Translations under genes and position numbers: made by a program
Shown: piece after piece, positions 19,448 to 28,427 of the stretch
Numbering within the stretch: the stretch's first letter is position 1
Layout of the letters: each line of letters starts with the position of its first letter
Assembly: GCA_018883425.1 (NCBI GenBank)
Contig: VFQY01000001.1
Span: forward strand, 432 to 64,431
DNA from: Candidatus Omnitrophota bacterium
Lineage (GTDB): Bacteria; Omnitrophota; Omnitrophia; Omnitrophales; Aquincolibacteriaceae
Reading direction: 5' to 3'
Length of the DNA: 64,000 nt
Notes under the pieces: generated by a model
What the model was told of the DNA's origin: nothing
Seen by the model: only the letters and a program-made list of their open reading frames with translations
Databases searched by the model: none

Positions 19448-20799
19448 AGGACAACCGCTCTTTCGGTTACTTGCCCCTCGGAGCTTCTCTGCGTCCTGAG
19501 AAATCGGCGGATATTTGCAGAGGTTACGATCATGCCCGCAACAAGACCGTACTTGAGCCAGGGCATTGTCCCGGTCAAACCCGCGAGCGACCAGAGATGA
19601 ATCGACATTGCGATAAAACTGGCATAAAGGGCTGCTGCCCAATAGTGCTTGCGGCGAGTCATGAAAACCGCTGCGCTATACCCCCTCCCTAAGAACAGCA
19701 CAAGAAGTGTGAGGTAGGGAAGGCCCCCAGCCAACCCTGTTTCGGCAAAAAATTGCATGTAAGCGTTATGCGAGGATTTGCTCTCAAACTTCTGCGATGA
19801 AAAATGACGAAGCGCCCTCGGCATTTCAAGCTCAACTCTCGTGAAGCGAAAGCGGCCGGGTCCACACCCCCACAAGGGATGTTTCTGCATAATCTTTATC
19901 GCTTTCTGGATCATCACCTTTCTAATTTGATACGACTTGTCCTGATCCAGGCTTTCGAGAGTCGAAAATCGCGAGACAAAACGCTCACGAACCTCCTGCG
20001 GCGCAGCTCTTGAAAAAATCCCCATCAAACCGCCAAGCAGCACAAGAAATAGAGCTGCTTTGAAGATGCCCCTTCCCTTTTTGGGATCTGCTGCGGCGCA
20101 AATCCATCCAAACACCGCAAACGATGCCGCAATAGCAATCCAGGAGGACCGGGAACCATTCATGAGAACGACAGCCAAAACAATGCCTAGCCCTAAAATC
20201 GCGAGCATCCTTTTTCGCGCTTCAGCTTGCATGAGAAATCCCGCGATGAAAACCGTATTGGCCGAAAAAATAAACGCGTACTCATTTTGAGTCATAAACT
20301 TCAATTCCATCCAAGCCCCGTAACTTCCGTATCGGATAGCCTCATAGAGCCTCACGAGTGCCAGCAGGAAAACGCTGAGCGAAAAAACTCCAGCCGTCAG
20401 CGGAAAAATCCAGGGTCGAAGAGACGCGAACAAAAGCGTCGTCACAAAAACAATCAGCCAGTAGGTGCAGCGGATGAGAACGATCATTTCGGTTTTTCCA
20501 AAGGAACTGCCGCTGCTGGATAACCCATTCACGAGAGCGCTGAAAAAGAAACCAGCACCCAGCCAGAGCGCCAGCCTGATCCATCCGCCCGCACGGATAT
20601 CTACCCGGCGGCGAGCCTTCAAAAAAACGTCCATAAAAAGGAGATAAAAAAGAATGGCTGACAGCGAGAGCCCTACAAAAGGAAGCTCAAGGAAAGGCAG
20701 CACCGTGTAGCCTGCGGCCAAAGCAAAAACTTTGGCTGACCAAGGAATTTTTTTAGACTCTCTAAAACAAGGGTCGAAACCCGGGGCAGCCCTCATCAC
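19444..20799 (-). CDS. O-antigen ligase / Wzy_C-family polytopic membrane protein (Wzy polymerase, WaaL ligase or PglL-type O-oligosaccharyltransferase; cannot distinguish)
   Basis: About 10-12 hydrophobic helices with a large loop containing ESKSSHNAYMQFFAETGL (Wzy_C-like H...N/AY motif region). Confidence 0.7.
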   Translation of the reverse strand: MMRAAPGFDPCFRESKKIPWSAKVFALAAGYTVLPFLELPFVGLSLSAILFYLLFMDVFLKARRRVDIRAGGWIRLALWLGAGFFFSALVNGLSSSGSSFGKTEMIVLIRCTYWLIVFVTTLLFASLRPWIFPLTAGVFSLSVFLLALVRLYEAIRYGSYGAWMELKFMTQNEYAFIFSANTVFIAGFLMQAEARKRMLAILGLGIVLAVVLMNGSRSSWIAIAASFAVFGWICAAADPKKGRGIFKAALFLVLLGGLMGIFSRAAPQEVRERFVSRFSTLESLDQDKSYQIRKVMIQKAIKIMQKHPLWGCGPGRFRFTRVELEMPRALRHFSSQKFESKSSHNAYMQFFAETGLAGGLPYLTLLVLFLGRGYSAAVFMTRRKHYWAAALYASFIAMSIHLWSLAGLTGTMPWLKYGLVAGMIVTSANIRRFLRTQRSSEGQVTERAVVL

Positions 20800-21914
20800 T
20801 CGGCCCCTCCGAGATATTCACTCTGCAGGTTTTTCCGCCGGGTCAAGTCCCGCTGAGCATCCCCTCGCCAATCCACCCTGGGAGCCAGCAGCCAGGACCT
20901 TGGGGGCACAATCAGCCCGAGGACCGCACCTGCTCCGTATCCCAGAAACCCTTGGAGTCTCGCTAGACTGGGCGCAGCGAACAACCTGGTGAGGAAAACG
21001 AGTGCTCCTCCGGCATAAGATTTCAGAAGGTTGAGGCGGTCACAAAATGAAGGCCGCCGATCCCCGCGGTAATGATCATTGAGAAAACGGCGGCTGTAGG
21101 CAGACGCGAAGCCGAAGCGGAAGGGTCTGATGGGATATGCGCAGGGAAGAGCTTCGCCAGGATGTTCAATGCCCTCGCTTTCCAGCAAAAGCAACTTCCC
21201 GGCTCGTCCCGCCCGGCGGGAAAGATAAGTATCCTCTCCTAAACCGCAACCGCGAGCAGTTAATGCGAACAGGTCATCCGAATAGCAACTCTCATTCAAG
21301 ACGCTCATGCGGTAAAACATCACACCGCCTCGAAGCCACTGAGTCTCATAGATCATTTGACCAGGAATTTGACGAAGAGGCAAACGATGCCCAGCAGCGC
21401 TAAGCCCGCCGGGCGAGGCTGTGCGCGAAGACTGGAAAAGTTTTAGGAAAACCGAATTCGTCCAAGGGGTTTTTGTTTTTTTTTGATCCGACAAAACATC
21501 GTGACCGCTCAGCTTTCCGCTATCCGTGAACTTGAGGGAAACAGTAAGTCCCGCTGCGCATGTTTTTGTTTTCATGATCCCCAGCATGTCTCGAACAATC
21601 GCGGAATTTCGGAGCCGAAGATCGTCATCGAAATAAAGCAAATATTCTACGGACATTCGTGCAGCGTTCAGCCAGGCCAAGTACCTCTGATACGCAAGAT
21701 TAGCATGCTGAGAGGGCTGATAGACCGCTTGTTTTTGGGTCCTCATCGCCCAATCTTCCAAGAGCCTGGAGATCTCCGGATCTTCGGGGGCGCCGTCGAC
21801 AACAATCAAGACATCCGGCACCGTCTCCTGAAGAGCAAGATCATCCAGAAGTTTTTCCAAAAGACGCGGTCTTTTATACGTACAGACAGCCGCAGCAAAA
21901 CGGACTTCAGACAT
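20796..21914 (-). CDS. GT2-family glycosyltransferase with about 150-aa hydrophobic C-terminal extension
   Basis: AAAVCTYKRPRLLEKLLDDLALQ...VLIVVDGAPED...YFDDD GT-A motifs. Start at MSEVRF (21914) preferred over the track start 21971. Confidence 0.7.
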   Translation of the reverse strand: MSEVRFAAAVCTYKRPRLLEKLLDDLALQETVPDVLIVVDGAPEDPEISRLLEDWAMRTQKQAVYQPSQHANLAYQRYLAWLNAARMSVEYLLYFDDDLRLRNSAIVRDMLGIMKTKTCAAGLTVSLKFTDSGKLSGHDVLSDQKKTKTPWTNSVFLKLFQSSRTASPGGLSAAGHRLPLRQIPGQMIYETQWLRGGVMFYRMSVLNESCYSDDLFALTARGCGLGEDTYLSRRAGRAGKLLLLESEGIEHPGEALPCAYPIRPFRFGFASAYSRRFLNDHYRGDRRPSFCDRLNLLKSYAGGALVFLTRLFAAPSLARLQGFLGYGAGAVLGLIVPPRSWLLAPRVDWRGDAQRDLTRRKNLQSEYLGGAE

Positions 21915-22974
21915 TCGCTCCCCCTTCGGATGCTGTCTTGAGAAGATCTTCGAGGGCGGCCAAAACCGCATCGACCGAGTAAAACTTCACAGCGCGCTCC
22001 CTCCCAGCCCGACCCATCTGAGCGAGCTTATCCCGGTTCTGCACAGCCCAGGTCAGACTCGCTCTCCATTGATCAAAAGTGCTGCAGTGAAATCCCGTTT
22101 TGTCATGATTTACAATTTCTCGATTCACGCCGACAGGCGAGACCAGCGCCGGAATTCCGCACGCCATGTATTGGACCGCTTTCAAACCGCACTTTCCTCT
22201 CTCAAAAGGACTGTCTTCGAGCGGCATCAAACCCACGTCAAAATCTTGAATGAGCTCAACCTCACTGCGTTCCGTCCAGCGGCGGTAAATGACTCTGCGC
22301 CCCCCCCAGTTGACCCTCGGATCCTTTTCAAGGACCAGCACGAATTCGGCTTCCTGATCAACCTCAGTGAGGCACTCAGAAATCTTTTTTAAAAGCGGTG
22401 CAGCCAGTGAGAAAGAACCGACTGATCCTGACCAGCCCGCACGAAAGGGTCCAGCCCGCCTCTCTTTTTGAGGCACCCAGCGCAGCGTATCCGCCACCGT
22501 GGGGATCACCGCGCATCGTCGGGGCTGAAAGGCCCGCGCAAAGGCAGCCAGCGTATCATTTCCCGCAGCGGCGCCTTGAGATAACTTCAAGATGCCTTCG
22601 ATTTTTTCCCTGCGGGGGCCGAGATGAATGGCATCGTCAAAATCAAAAACGATCTTGGCTTTCCGGGAATACATCCAAGGCTCGAGAAAACGCACTTTCA
22701 CTTCCGGAACAAGATCTCGGTTCATCATGACCACATCAAATTTTTCAAGATCACGGATGCGCCACACGGCATTGATCAGACGGCCGGCAGCACCCAGACC
22801 CGAGTGCATCCGGCGAAACACACCGTCAGGAAGTGCACTCTTCCATTGCCTTGAGGGCACCGAGGCTCGCACAGCCACCTCATGACCTCGAGCTCTCAAG
22901 GGCTCGGCAAATTGAAGGATGCGGAAGCGCGAGGCAGGGTCGGTCATCGAACCGCTGAGCATAAGAATTCTCAC
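21907..22974 (-). CDS. GT4-family glycosyltransferase
   Basis: MRILMLSGSMTDPASRFRILQFAEPLRARGHEV N-terminal GT4 domain; C-terminal GLKAVQYMACGIPALVSPVGVNREIV. Confidence 0.75.
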   Translation of the reverse strand: MRILMLSGSMTDPASRFRILQFAEPLRARGHEVAVRASVPSRQWKSALPDGVFRRMHSGLGAAGRLINAVWRIRDLEKFDVVMMNRDLVPEVKVRFLEPWMYSRKAKIVFDFDDAIHLGPRREKIEGILKLSQGAAAGNDTLAAFARAFQPRRCAVIPTVADTLRWVPQKERRAGPFRAGWSGSVGSFSLAAPLLKKISECLTEVDQEAEFVLVLEKDPRVNWGGRRVIYRRWTERSEVELIQDFDVGLMPLEDSPFERGKCGLKAVQYMACGIPALVSPVGVNREIVNHDKTGFHCSTFDQWRASLTWAVQNRDKLAQMGRAGRERAVKFYSVDAVLAALEDLLKTASEGGANV

Positions 22975-24215
22975 GCTTCATTCCCTCTCTTCGAACGAAA
23001 TTCTCTTACCCAATAATTTCCAAGAAGTTCCATCCAGTAACCGAGGCTTCGCGACCGCAGCCTCCGTTTCAGCATCTCATTCTCTTTGACGGCCGCGGCA
23101 AGACGTGATTGAAGCCTGGTCGGGTTTGCTTCAGAAAAAATTTGATGGCCTGGGTAGAGCGCTGCAAGCAGAGGCAGGTAACTGACGAAAATCGGCGTCG
23201 AATCCAGCATTGCCGGCGGCAGAGCTACAGACTGACGCTTGCGCAGCTGGTCCCGGAACTCTTCGACCATCTTCAGGATCAAATCAAAAACACGGCTTGC
23301 CGAGGGCTCAGTGTTTTGAAGAACATCGTTCAGGATGTCATTCTGATAAGCCATTTTGGCAGCTCCGGGATTCAAAAGGTCCGCAACGGCAGTACTCAAA
23401 TGACTCTTCGCTGAGATCTGCCAAACGGCCGGAAAAAAACGGGGTGAATTTGTGTAATCTAGAAAAGCGACCGGCCGGGAAAGCATCATGCTTTCAATCG
23501 CGGCCGTGCTCGGAGTCGTTATCACTGCATCCGCGGACTCGATCAAACGGATGAGCCCCGCTTGGCCCTTATCGGTTTCATGATTCTCGACGCCGAGAAT
23601 GCCGGGAATATCCCGCGTTAATCTCCAAAGGACTTGAATCTCAGGCTTGCTGGACAGAAACTCCTTAAGATCCCGAAGGGATTGCAAAACGAGATTTCTC
23701 TGTTTGTCATCGAACCATGGTTTCTGGGCGGTCATGACAAGAAGCGTTTTCCCCGGCCTGGCCGGCGGCCTCCAGGTTTGACTCTGCAGAATCCGATCAA
23801 GTCTCGGCATACCTGTGACCTCAACCTTGGCGGCATTTCCCCATGCGGCCATCTGACGGGCGCTCTGATGACCCAGACAGCCTATTTTGTCCGCCATGAC
23901 GGGCTGATGCTGGGGCGGTCCGCCCCCGCTGCCGAAAAGTGGGTTTTCATACTGGCACCGCCATTCAAGAATTCCGTCCTGAAGAGCCAGCGAAGGGATG
24001 TTTTGATGACGGGCCTCTTCGATAAACCGCATTTCTTCATGAAGGACTCCGCTGGTAATCAGCACCAAATCAGGTTTGATCTTGGAAAAGACCTCAGCAT
24101 CAAACTCCTTTAGAAAAAAAAATTGTGCCTTCTCTCCAGCCGCCTTGCGGACAGCCTCCGCCTGAGGATCATCTTCACCGCCGACAGCGAGAATTTTCAG
24201 AGGAATAAATTCCAC
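22971..24215 (-). CDS. Hypothetical surface-carbohydrate biosynthesis protein, possibly GT-B-like (KpsS/TagF-like); function uncertain
   Basis: No firm motif. Embedded in the operon with a 4-bp overlap to its neighbour; mixed alpha/beta composition compatible with a GT-B fold. Confidence 0.35.
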   Translation of the reverse strand: MEFIPLKILAVGGEDDPQAEAVRKAAGEKAQFFFLKEFDAEVFSKIKPDLVLITSGVLHEEMRFIEEARHQNIPSLALQDGILEWRCQYENPLFGSGGGPPQHQPVMADKIGCLGHQSARQMAAWGNAAKVEVTGMPRLDRILQSQTWRPPARPGKTLLVMTAQKPWFDDKQRNLVLQSLRDLKEFLSSKPEIQVLWRLTRDIPGILGVENHETDKGQAGLIRLIESADAVITTPSTAAIESMMLSRPVAFLDYTNSPRFFPAVWQISAKSHLSTAVADLLNPGAAKMAYQNDILNDVLQNTEPSASRVFDLILKMVEEFRDQLRKRQSVALPPAMLDSTPIFVSYLPLLAALYPGHQIFSEANPTRLQSRLAAAVKENEMLKRRLRSRSLGYWMELLGNYWVREFRSKRGNEA

Positions 24216-24308
24216 TCAAAGACTCCGGACTTCTCGATTTATTTCCGATTCGAACAGCAAAAAAACCGGCTCATTTGCCTTGCGCCGATGCAGCCATGAT
24301 TTGCGGCT

Positions 24309-25343
24309 TTACCGAGACCCATGATCCGGTCTTTGGACTGCCTGTCCGCCTTCATTCCAGCTCGGGGGCATATTTTTCAAAATTTCAATGTTCTTGAACG
24401 GCCGGCTCTGACGGACGCCGGTCTTTTGGGCCCAAGCCGCCATTTTTTCAATGCCGCGCTCCAACTCCACTGAGCCCTGATATCCAAACAGGCTTTTGGC
24501 CTTGTGATGTTGCGCAAAAGCATGCTGAACTTCCAGGCGGGGTGGTAAATAGTTCACTTGCGGGTTCTTTCCAAAAACCTGCCCAATCACTCTCGCCAAC
24601 TCCTTGATGCTGTAGGGCTGATCCGCTCCGATATTGATCACCTGGCCTCGAGCCTCCGGTATTCCCGGGCTTTCGGCAATGTGCGGGGCAACGTCATCAA
24701 TGTAACTGAAAGCCCGGGTCTGGGAGCCGTCTCCAAAAACAGTCAGCGGTTTATCCTGCATGATCTGATTCATAAAAATACCGATCACATTCCGGTAACG
24801 GTCACCAAGATTCTGGTGCTCTCCATAAACGTTGTGCGGCCGGAAAATAATGTAAGGCAAACCGAACATCTGATGAGCTGCCCGGAGATCCAGCTCTACG
24901 GCAAACTTGGCAATGCCGTAAGGATCCTCCGGACGGGGATTCGTCTCTTCGCTGACGGGAGGCGGCGCGCTCCCGTAAACAGCAATTGAGGAAGTAAAAA
25001 CAAAACACTTCACCTCATGCCTGACCGAAGCATTGATCAGATTGATGCTTCCAAGAACGTTGTTTGTATAATTAAAATGCCTTATGAAATGCGAAAGTCC
25101 TTCCGCCGCGTACGCTGCAAGGTGATACACGTAATCAAATCTGTACTCTTGAAAAAGCCGCTCAACGAGCTCCCCATCGGTCACGCTGCCCTGGACAAAA
25201 ACAGCTCCAGCAGGAACCTGATCCCGGAATCCTCCGCTCAAGTCGTCCAGAACCACAACCTGATGCCCCTCATGCTCGATACAATGCCTCGCCACATGGG
25301 ATCCGATGAAACCTGCCCCTCCCGTCACCAACGATCTTGCCAC
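24309..25343 (-). CDS. NAD-dependent nucleotide-sugar epimerase/dehydratase (SDR family)
   Basis: VTGGAGFIGSHV Rossmann motif; catalytic S...YGIAK (YxxxK). Confidence 0.85.
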   Translation of the reverse strand: MARSLVTGGAGFIGSHVARHCIEHEGHQVVVLDDLSGGFRDQVPAGAVFVQGSVTDGELVERLFQEYRFDYVYHLAAYAAEGLSHFIRHFNYTNNVLGSINLINASVRHEVKCFVFTSSIAVYGSAPPPVSEETNPRPEDPYGIAKFAVELDLRAAHQMFGLPYIIFRPHNVYGEHQNLGDRYRNVIGIFMNQIMQDKPLTVFGDGSQTRAFSYIDDVAPHIAESPGIPEARGQVINIGADQPYSIKELARVIGQVFGKNPQVNYLPPRLEVQHAFAQHHKAKSLFGYQGSVELERGIEKMAAWAQKTGVRQSRPFKNIEILKNMPPSWNEGGQAVQRPDHGSR

Positions 25344-25361
25344 AGCTCCCCCTGCAGTATC

Positions 25362-27200
25362 TTAGGCGTCCGCAAAACTTTGTTCAGTCCAGTAACGGTA
25401 AAAAAAATCTTTCTTACTGAGAAGCTCTCCGAAAGCGCCTTGTTCAACAACCCGGCCTTTCTCCAGGACAATAATCTTATCGGCTTTCTTTACCGTAGAA
25501 AACCGATGGGCGATAACGATCAGAGTTTTTTCTGCAGCCGCCTCTTCAATCGCCTCCTGTATTTTCTTTTCGGTAACTGAATCGAGTGCGCTCGTGGCTT
25601 CATCAAAAATCAGAATAGGCGAACCCCGAAGAATGGCTCTCGCAATGGCCAACCGCTGTCTCTCTCCTCCGGATAAACGCACGCCCTTGTCGCCGATAAC
25701 GGTCTCAAGACCCTGAGGCAGGGTTTGAATGAGATCTTCAAGCCTGGATTTCAGGATCACGTTTGCCAAATCTTTCTCAGAAACACTTTTATCGGCTCCA
25801 TAAAGGATGTTGCTTCGTATCGTGTCATTAAAAAGAAGCGTCTCTTGGCTGACGATAGCGAAACATTTTCTCAAAGCATCCAGCGTCAAAGTCCGGATAT
25901 CCCGGCCGTCCATCAGAATACTTCCCGCCTGGGGCTCATACAGCCTGAGGAGCAGATTCACAACGCTTGTTTTTCCGGCGCCTGAACTTCCGACAAGGGC
26001 GGTCATGCGGCCTTTTTCGAACTTCAGATCAATCCCGGCTAAAGCCTTTTTCCCGCCTTTGTAGGTCAACTCGACCCCCCGCAGCTCAAGGGCATGTTGA
26101 AAGTCAACGGCATCAACGGATCCCTGTACTTCACCCCATGCTGACTCTTGGGACAGGATTTCTTCAACCTCGCTCATAGGTCCCATCATTCTGGAAATAT
26201 GGGCCCGGATGTGTCCCAAGGCACCGAAATTGCTCAACGCTCTTCGAAGCGTAAAGAAAAAAATCAGCAATTTTGCAATATCCTGCTCGGCCTTCGTCTG
26301 AAGAAACAGCGCCGCCAGACACATCATGACAAGAAGGGCAAACAGCGCTCCCAGCTCGTAGATCACAGGAACAAGCTCCTGCTTCTTTTCCATGCTGAAT
26401 CGAGCCCTGGCAGATTGAAGACTGCCCGCTTCAAATCTTTTCTCCTCTGCGTCCTCAGTTCTAAAAGCTTTGACCAGCCCAAGATTCATGAGCACATTGG
26501 ATGTCCGGCTGACCCAATCTGCGTTCATCTTAGAGTAAACCTTCGAGCGTTCCTTGATCCTCCGTATCAAACCCGAAATTGTCCTCATAAAGAGCGGCGC
26601 CATGAAAAGCGTCAAAAGCGTCAGGGGCAGCGAAATATAAATCATGACGGCCAGGTAAGGAAAAATCAGCAGACCCGAACAAAGGCTTCGGAATAACGCT
26701 TTCATCGAAACAGCCGTCTCTAGTACCGCCGATGAGATCGTATTGAGGAGGGTGCCCTGGTTTAGCTCATCAAGGCGGCTTTTCGAAGAATGAATAATAC
26801 GGCTGAACAATTTAAGGCGAATGCGGTGGATCGAATCGCAGAGAATGCGGTCCGCAAGGACCAGGGATGCATATTGGAGTAAATTTTTCAACACCGCAGT
26901 AAGAAACACTGCTGACACGAGGAAAATCATCAGCACACTCTGCGGTGTCTTATCTATCGAAAAGCCGAAAAGCACCTTCGCCGCACTGAAAACACGGCTC
27001 TCGAACAGAAAGCCGAAATCGCTCTCGAGAATGCCCTTCAGGAGCGGCATGAGGAGCCCCAAAGTAACCCCCTCGAACAAGACGGCTCCCGCAGAAAGCA
27101 CACAAGCGGCGAAAAACTGATGCCCTCTCAATTCAGCAATTCTGCACAACCGCTGCAGCAAGCGCCATTCAAGAAGCGGCAGCCTGCCTCCTTTATTCAT
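25362..27200 (-). CDS. ABC exporter, fused permease plus ATPase (MsbA/PglK/Wzk-like; candidate lipid-linked oligosaccharide flippase)
   Basis: N-terminal 6-TM domain. Walker A GSSGAGKTS, signature LSGGERQRLAIARA, Walker B ILIFDEATSALD. Confidence 0.85.
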   Translation of the reverse strand: MNKGGRLPLLEWRLLQRLCRIAELRGHQFFAACVLSAGAVLFEGVTLGLLMPLLKGILESDFGFLFESRVFSAAKVLFGFSIDKTPQSVLMIFLVSAVFLTAVLKNLLQYASLVLADRILCDSIHRIRLKLFSRIIHSSKSRLDELNQGTLLNTISSAVLETAVSMKALFRSLCSGLLIFPYLAVMIYISLPLTLLTLFMAPLFMRTISGLIRRIKERSKVYSKMNADWVSRTSNVLMNLGLVKAFRTEDAEEKRFEAGSLQSARARFSMEKKQELVPVIYELGALFALLVMMCLAALFLQTKAEQDIAKLLIFFFTLRRALSNFGALGHIRAHISRMMGPMSEVEEILSQESAWGEVQGSVDAVDFQHALELRGVELTYKGGKKALAGIDLKFEKGRMTALVGSSGAGKTSVVNLLLRLYEPQAGSILMDGRDIRTLTLDALRKCFAIVSQETLLFNDTIRSNILYGADKSVSEKDLANVILKSRLEDLIQTLPQGLETVIGDKGVRLSGGERQRLAIARAILRGSPILIFDEATSALDSVTEKKIQEAIEEAAAEKTLIVIAHRFSTVKKADKIIVLEKGRVVEQGAFGELLSKKDFFYRYWTEQSFADA

Positions 27201-27316
27201 ACGCTATCCTTGCGCAGGTTTTATGCCCTGCTGTTAAGCGGCAGGCGGAAGAAGTCCTTGTTATGACTGTGTCCCCCGCCCGCTCTCTGACCTTTTCTGA
27301 TGCGGTGAATGAAAAG

Positions 27317-27523
27317 CTATTTGCTCATCCGGCTCATGAGCCAGGCATCCAGGACATCTTTCTTGAACCGCCATTGACCGCCGATTTTTGTCGCAGGGAT
27401 CTCTTGTTTTTTGAGGAGTCGGTAGATTGTGACCAGATGAAACCCTAAATACTTCGCAGCTTCCTTTGGAGTCATGATTTGAGTTCTCTCGGGACGTTTC
27501 GGTGTATTCTTAGATTCTTCCAT
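27317..27523 (-). CDS. Small HTH DNA-binding protein, excisionase-family (HTH_17/MerR-like). Copy A, first gene of the main glycan operon
   Basis: MTPKEAAKYLGFHLVTIYRLLKKQEIPATKIGGQWRFKKDVLDAWL matches the excisionase-family HTH. Its paralog is at 30425-30682. Confidence 0.75.
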   Translation of the reverse strand: MEESKNTPKRPERTQIMTPKEAAKYLGFHLVTIYRLLKKQEIPATKIGGQWRFKKDVLDAWLMSRMSK

Positions 27524-27577
27524 GAATGGACCCCTTGATTTACTGTTTTTGCTTGTTTTAGTTATAATCTATTTCAA

Positions 27578-27606
27578 ATATTAATGTCATAATTATAAAT
27601 AGTCAA
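27578..27606 (-). promoter_or_regulatory. Putative sigma70 promoter of HTH copy A (minus strand TTGACT-N17-TAATAT)
   Basis: Read on the minus strand: TTGACT at 27606-27601, 17-nt spacer, TAATAT at 27583-27578. About 55 nt upstream of ATG 27523 with an AAGGGG RBS. Confidence 0.4.
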
Positions 27607-27609
27607 CTC

Positions 27610-27633
27610 TTGCTATTTATTTTTATATAGCAA
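27610..27633. promoter_or_regulatory. Perfect inverted repeat TTGCTAT-N10-ATAGCAA immediately upstream of the -35 of the HTH-A promoter (candidate operator/activator site). The spacer carries the shared TATTTATTTTTA motif
   Basis: 7-bp arms at 27610-27616 and 27627-27633, read directly from the sequence. Confidence 0.45.
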
Positions 27634-27681
27634 AAACGCCTTATTTCCTTTTCCTGCCAACATTTCCTAATAATCAATAAA

Positions 27682-27713
27682 ATCCTTTTCTCGACCGCTT
27701 TTAGTGCTATAAT
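27682..27713 (+). promoter_or_regulatory. Putative extended -10 promoter (TGcTATAAT) for the secreted repeat-protein gene
   Basis: TGCTATAAT at 27705-27713, about 75 nt upstream of ATG 27790 (RBS AAAAGGAG). Confidence 0.4.
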
Positions 27714-27789
27714 ACGGCCTTTGTTTTTATCACCTAAGCATCCTCGATCAGTTTTCTACCTAGATTCTGGAACCAAAAGGAGTGTTGAA

Positions 27790-28353
27790 ATGAAACTTCG
27801 TTCTGCCTTACTCGCTGTCATGCTTTGCATGACGCTCACGACCCCCCGCCTCCTGGCATCTGAGGATGTCTGGGATCTTGCTGAATCCGAGCAATATGGT
27901 AAGAAAAGCGCCGGCATGGTCGGCCGCGGTCTGATCAATGCCGCAACAAGCCCCGTTGACCTTGTCGTTCAGACTGTAGAAAGCACTCAGGAAGGACCTC
28001 CTTTTTTTGGAACCCTCACGGGGCTCTCTTCAGGCCTTGGCTGCACGGCGCTGCGTGCCTCTTCAGGCATTATGGATGTGGCGACTTTCTGGGTCCCTGG
28101 ATTTAACGGGTTCAAGGTGTCCCGCTCCTACTCGAACTGTCTGGAAGCCGAATACACGAAAGCCCGCTACACACCGGTTCGTGAACCGCAAACCCAAGTG
28201 ATTGAGCAGCCTCAGGTCGTGGTTGTTCAAGAGCCTGCCAAACCCGTTGTGGTGCAGGCTCCGAACCCTATGGACTATGTGAAGAAAGGCGATGCGCCTG
28301 ATCCGATGGCGTACGTTAAGAAGGGCTCCAACGAGAATTCTTACGTAAAATAG
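27790..28353 (+). CDS. Secreted hypothetical protein with signal peptide and C-terminal Pro/Val/Gln-rich region ending in YVKKG repeats
   Basis: MKLRSALLAVMLCMTLTTPRLLASEDV signal peptide. PQTQVIEQPQVVVVQEPAKPVVVQAPNPMDYVKKGDAPDPMAYVKKGSNENSYVK. RBS AAAAGGAGTG. Track ORF 27721 includes an upstream in-frame extension. Confidence 0.6.
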   Translation: MKLRSALLAVMLCMTLTTPRLLASEDVWDLAESEQYGKKSAGMVGRGLINAATSPVDLVVQTVESTQEGPPFFGTLTGLSSGLGCTALRASSGIMDVATFWVPGFNGFKVSRSYSNCLEAEYTKARYTPVREPQTQVIEQPQVVVVQEPAKPVVVQAPNPMDYVKKGDAPDPMAYVKKGSNENSYVK

Positions 28354-28380
28354 TTCCTGGCAAGTTTTTTTCAAAAAAAT

Positions 28381-28412
28381 AAAGCCGCTTGGACCTCATC
28401 CAAGCGGCTTTA
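28381..28412. terminator. Bidirectional Rho-independent terminator (AAAGCCGCTTGG-loop-CCAAGCGGCTTT flanked by A-run and T-run)
   Basis: 12-bp perfect stem followed by TATTTTTG on plus and preceded by TTTTTTTCAAAAAAAT. Sits between convergent genes. Confidence 0.7.
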
Positions 28413-28427
28413 TTTTTGCCTGCAAAC

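Noticed and set aside
20796-21971. Longer N-terminus of the GT2 gene overlapping the upstream GT4 by 65 bp
   Set aside because: Internal ATG at 21914 (MSEVRF...) gives a typical GT2 start and removes the overlap.
26148-26696. 182-aa plus-strand basic ORF
   Set aside because: Antisense to the ABC exporter gene, which has Walker/signature motifs. Rejected as a shadow ORF.
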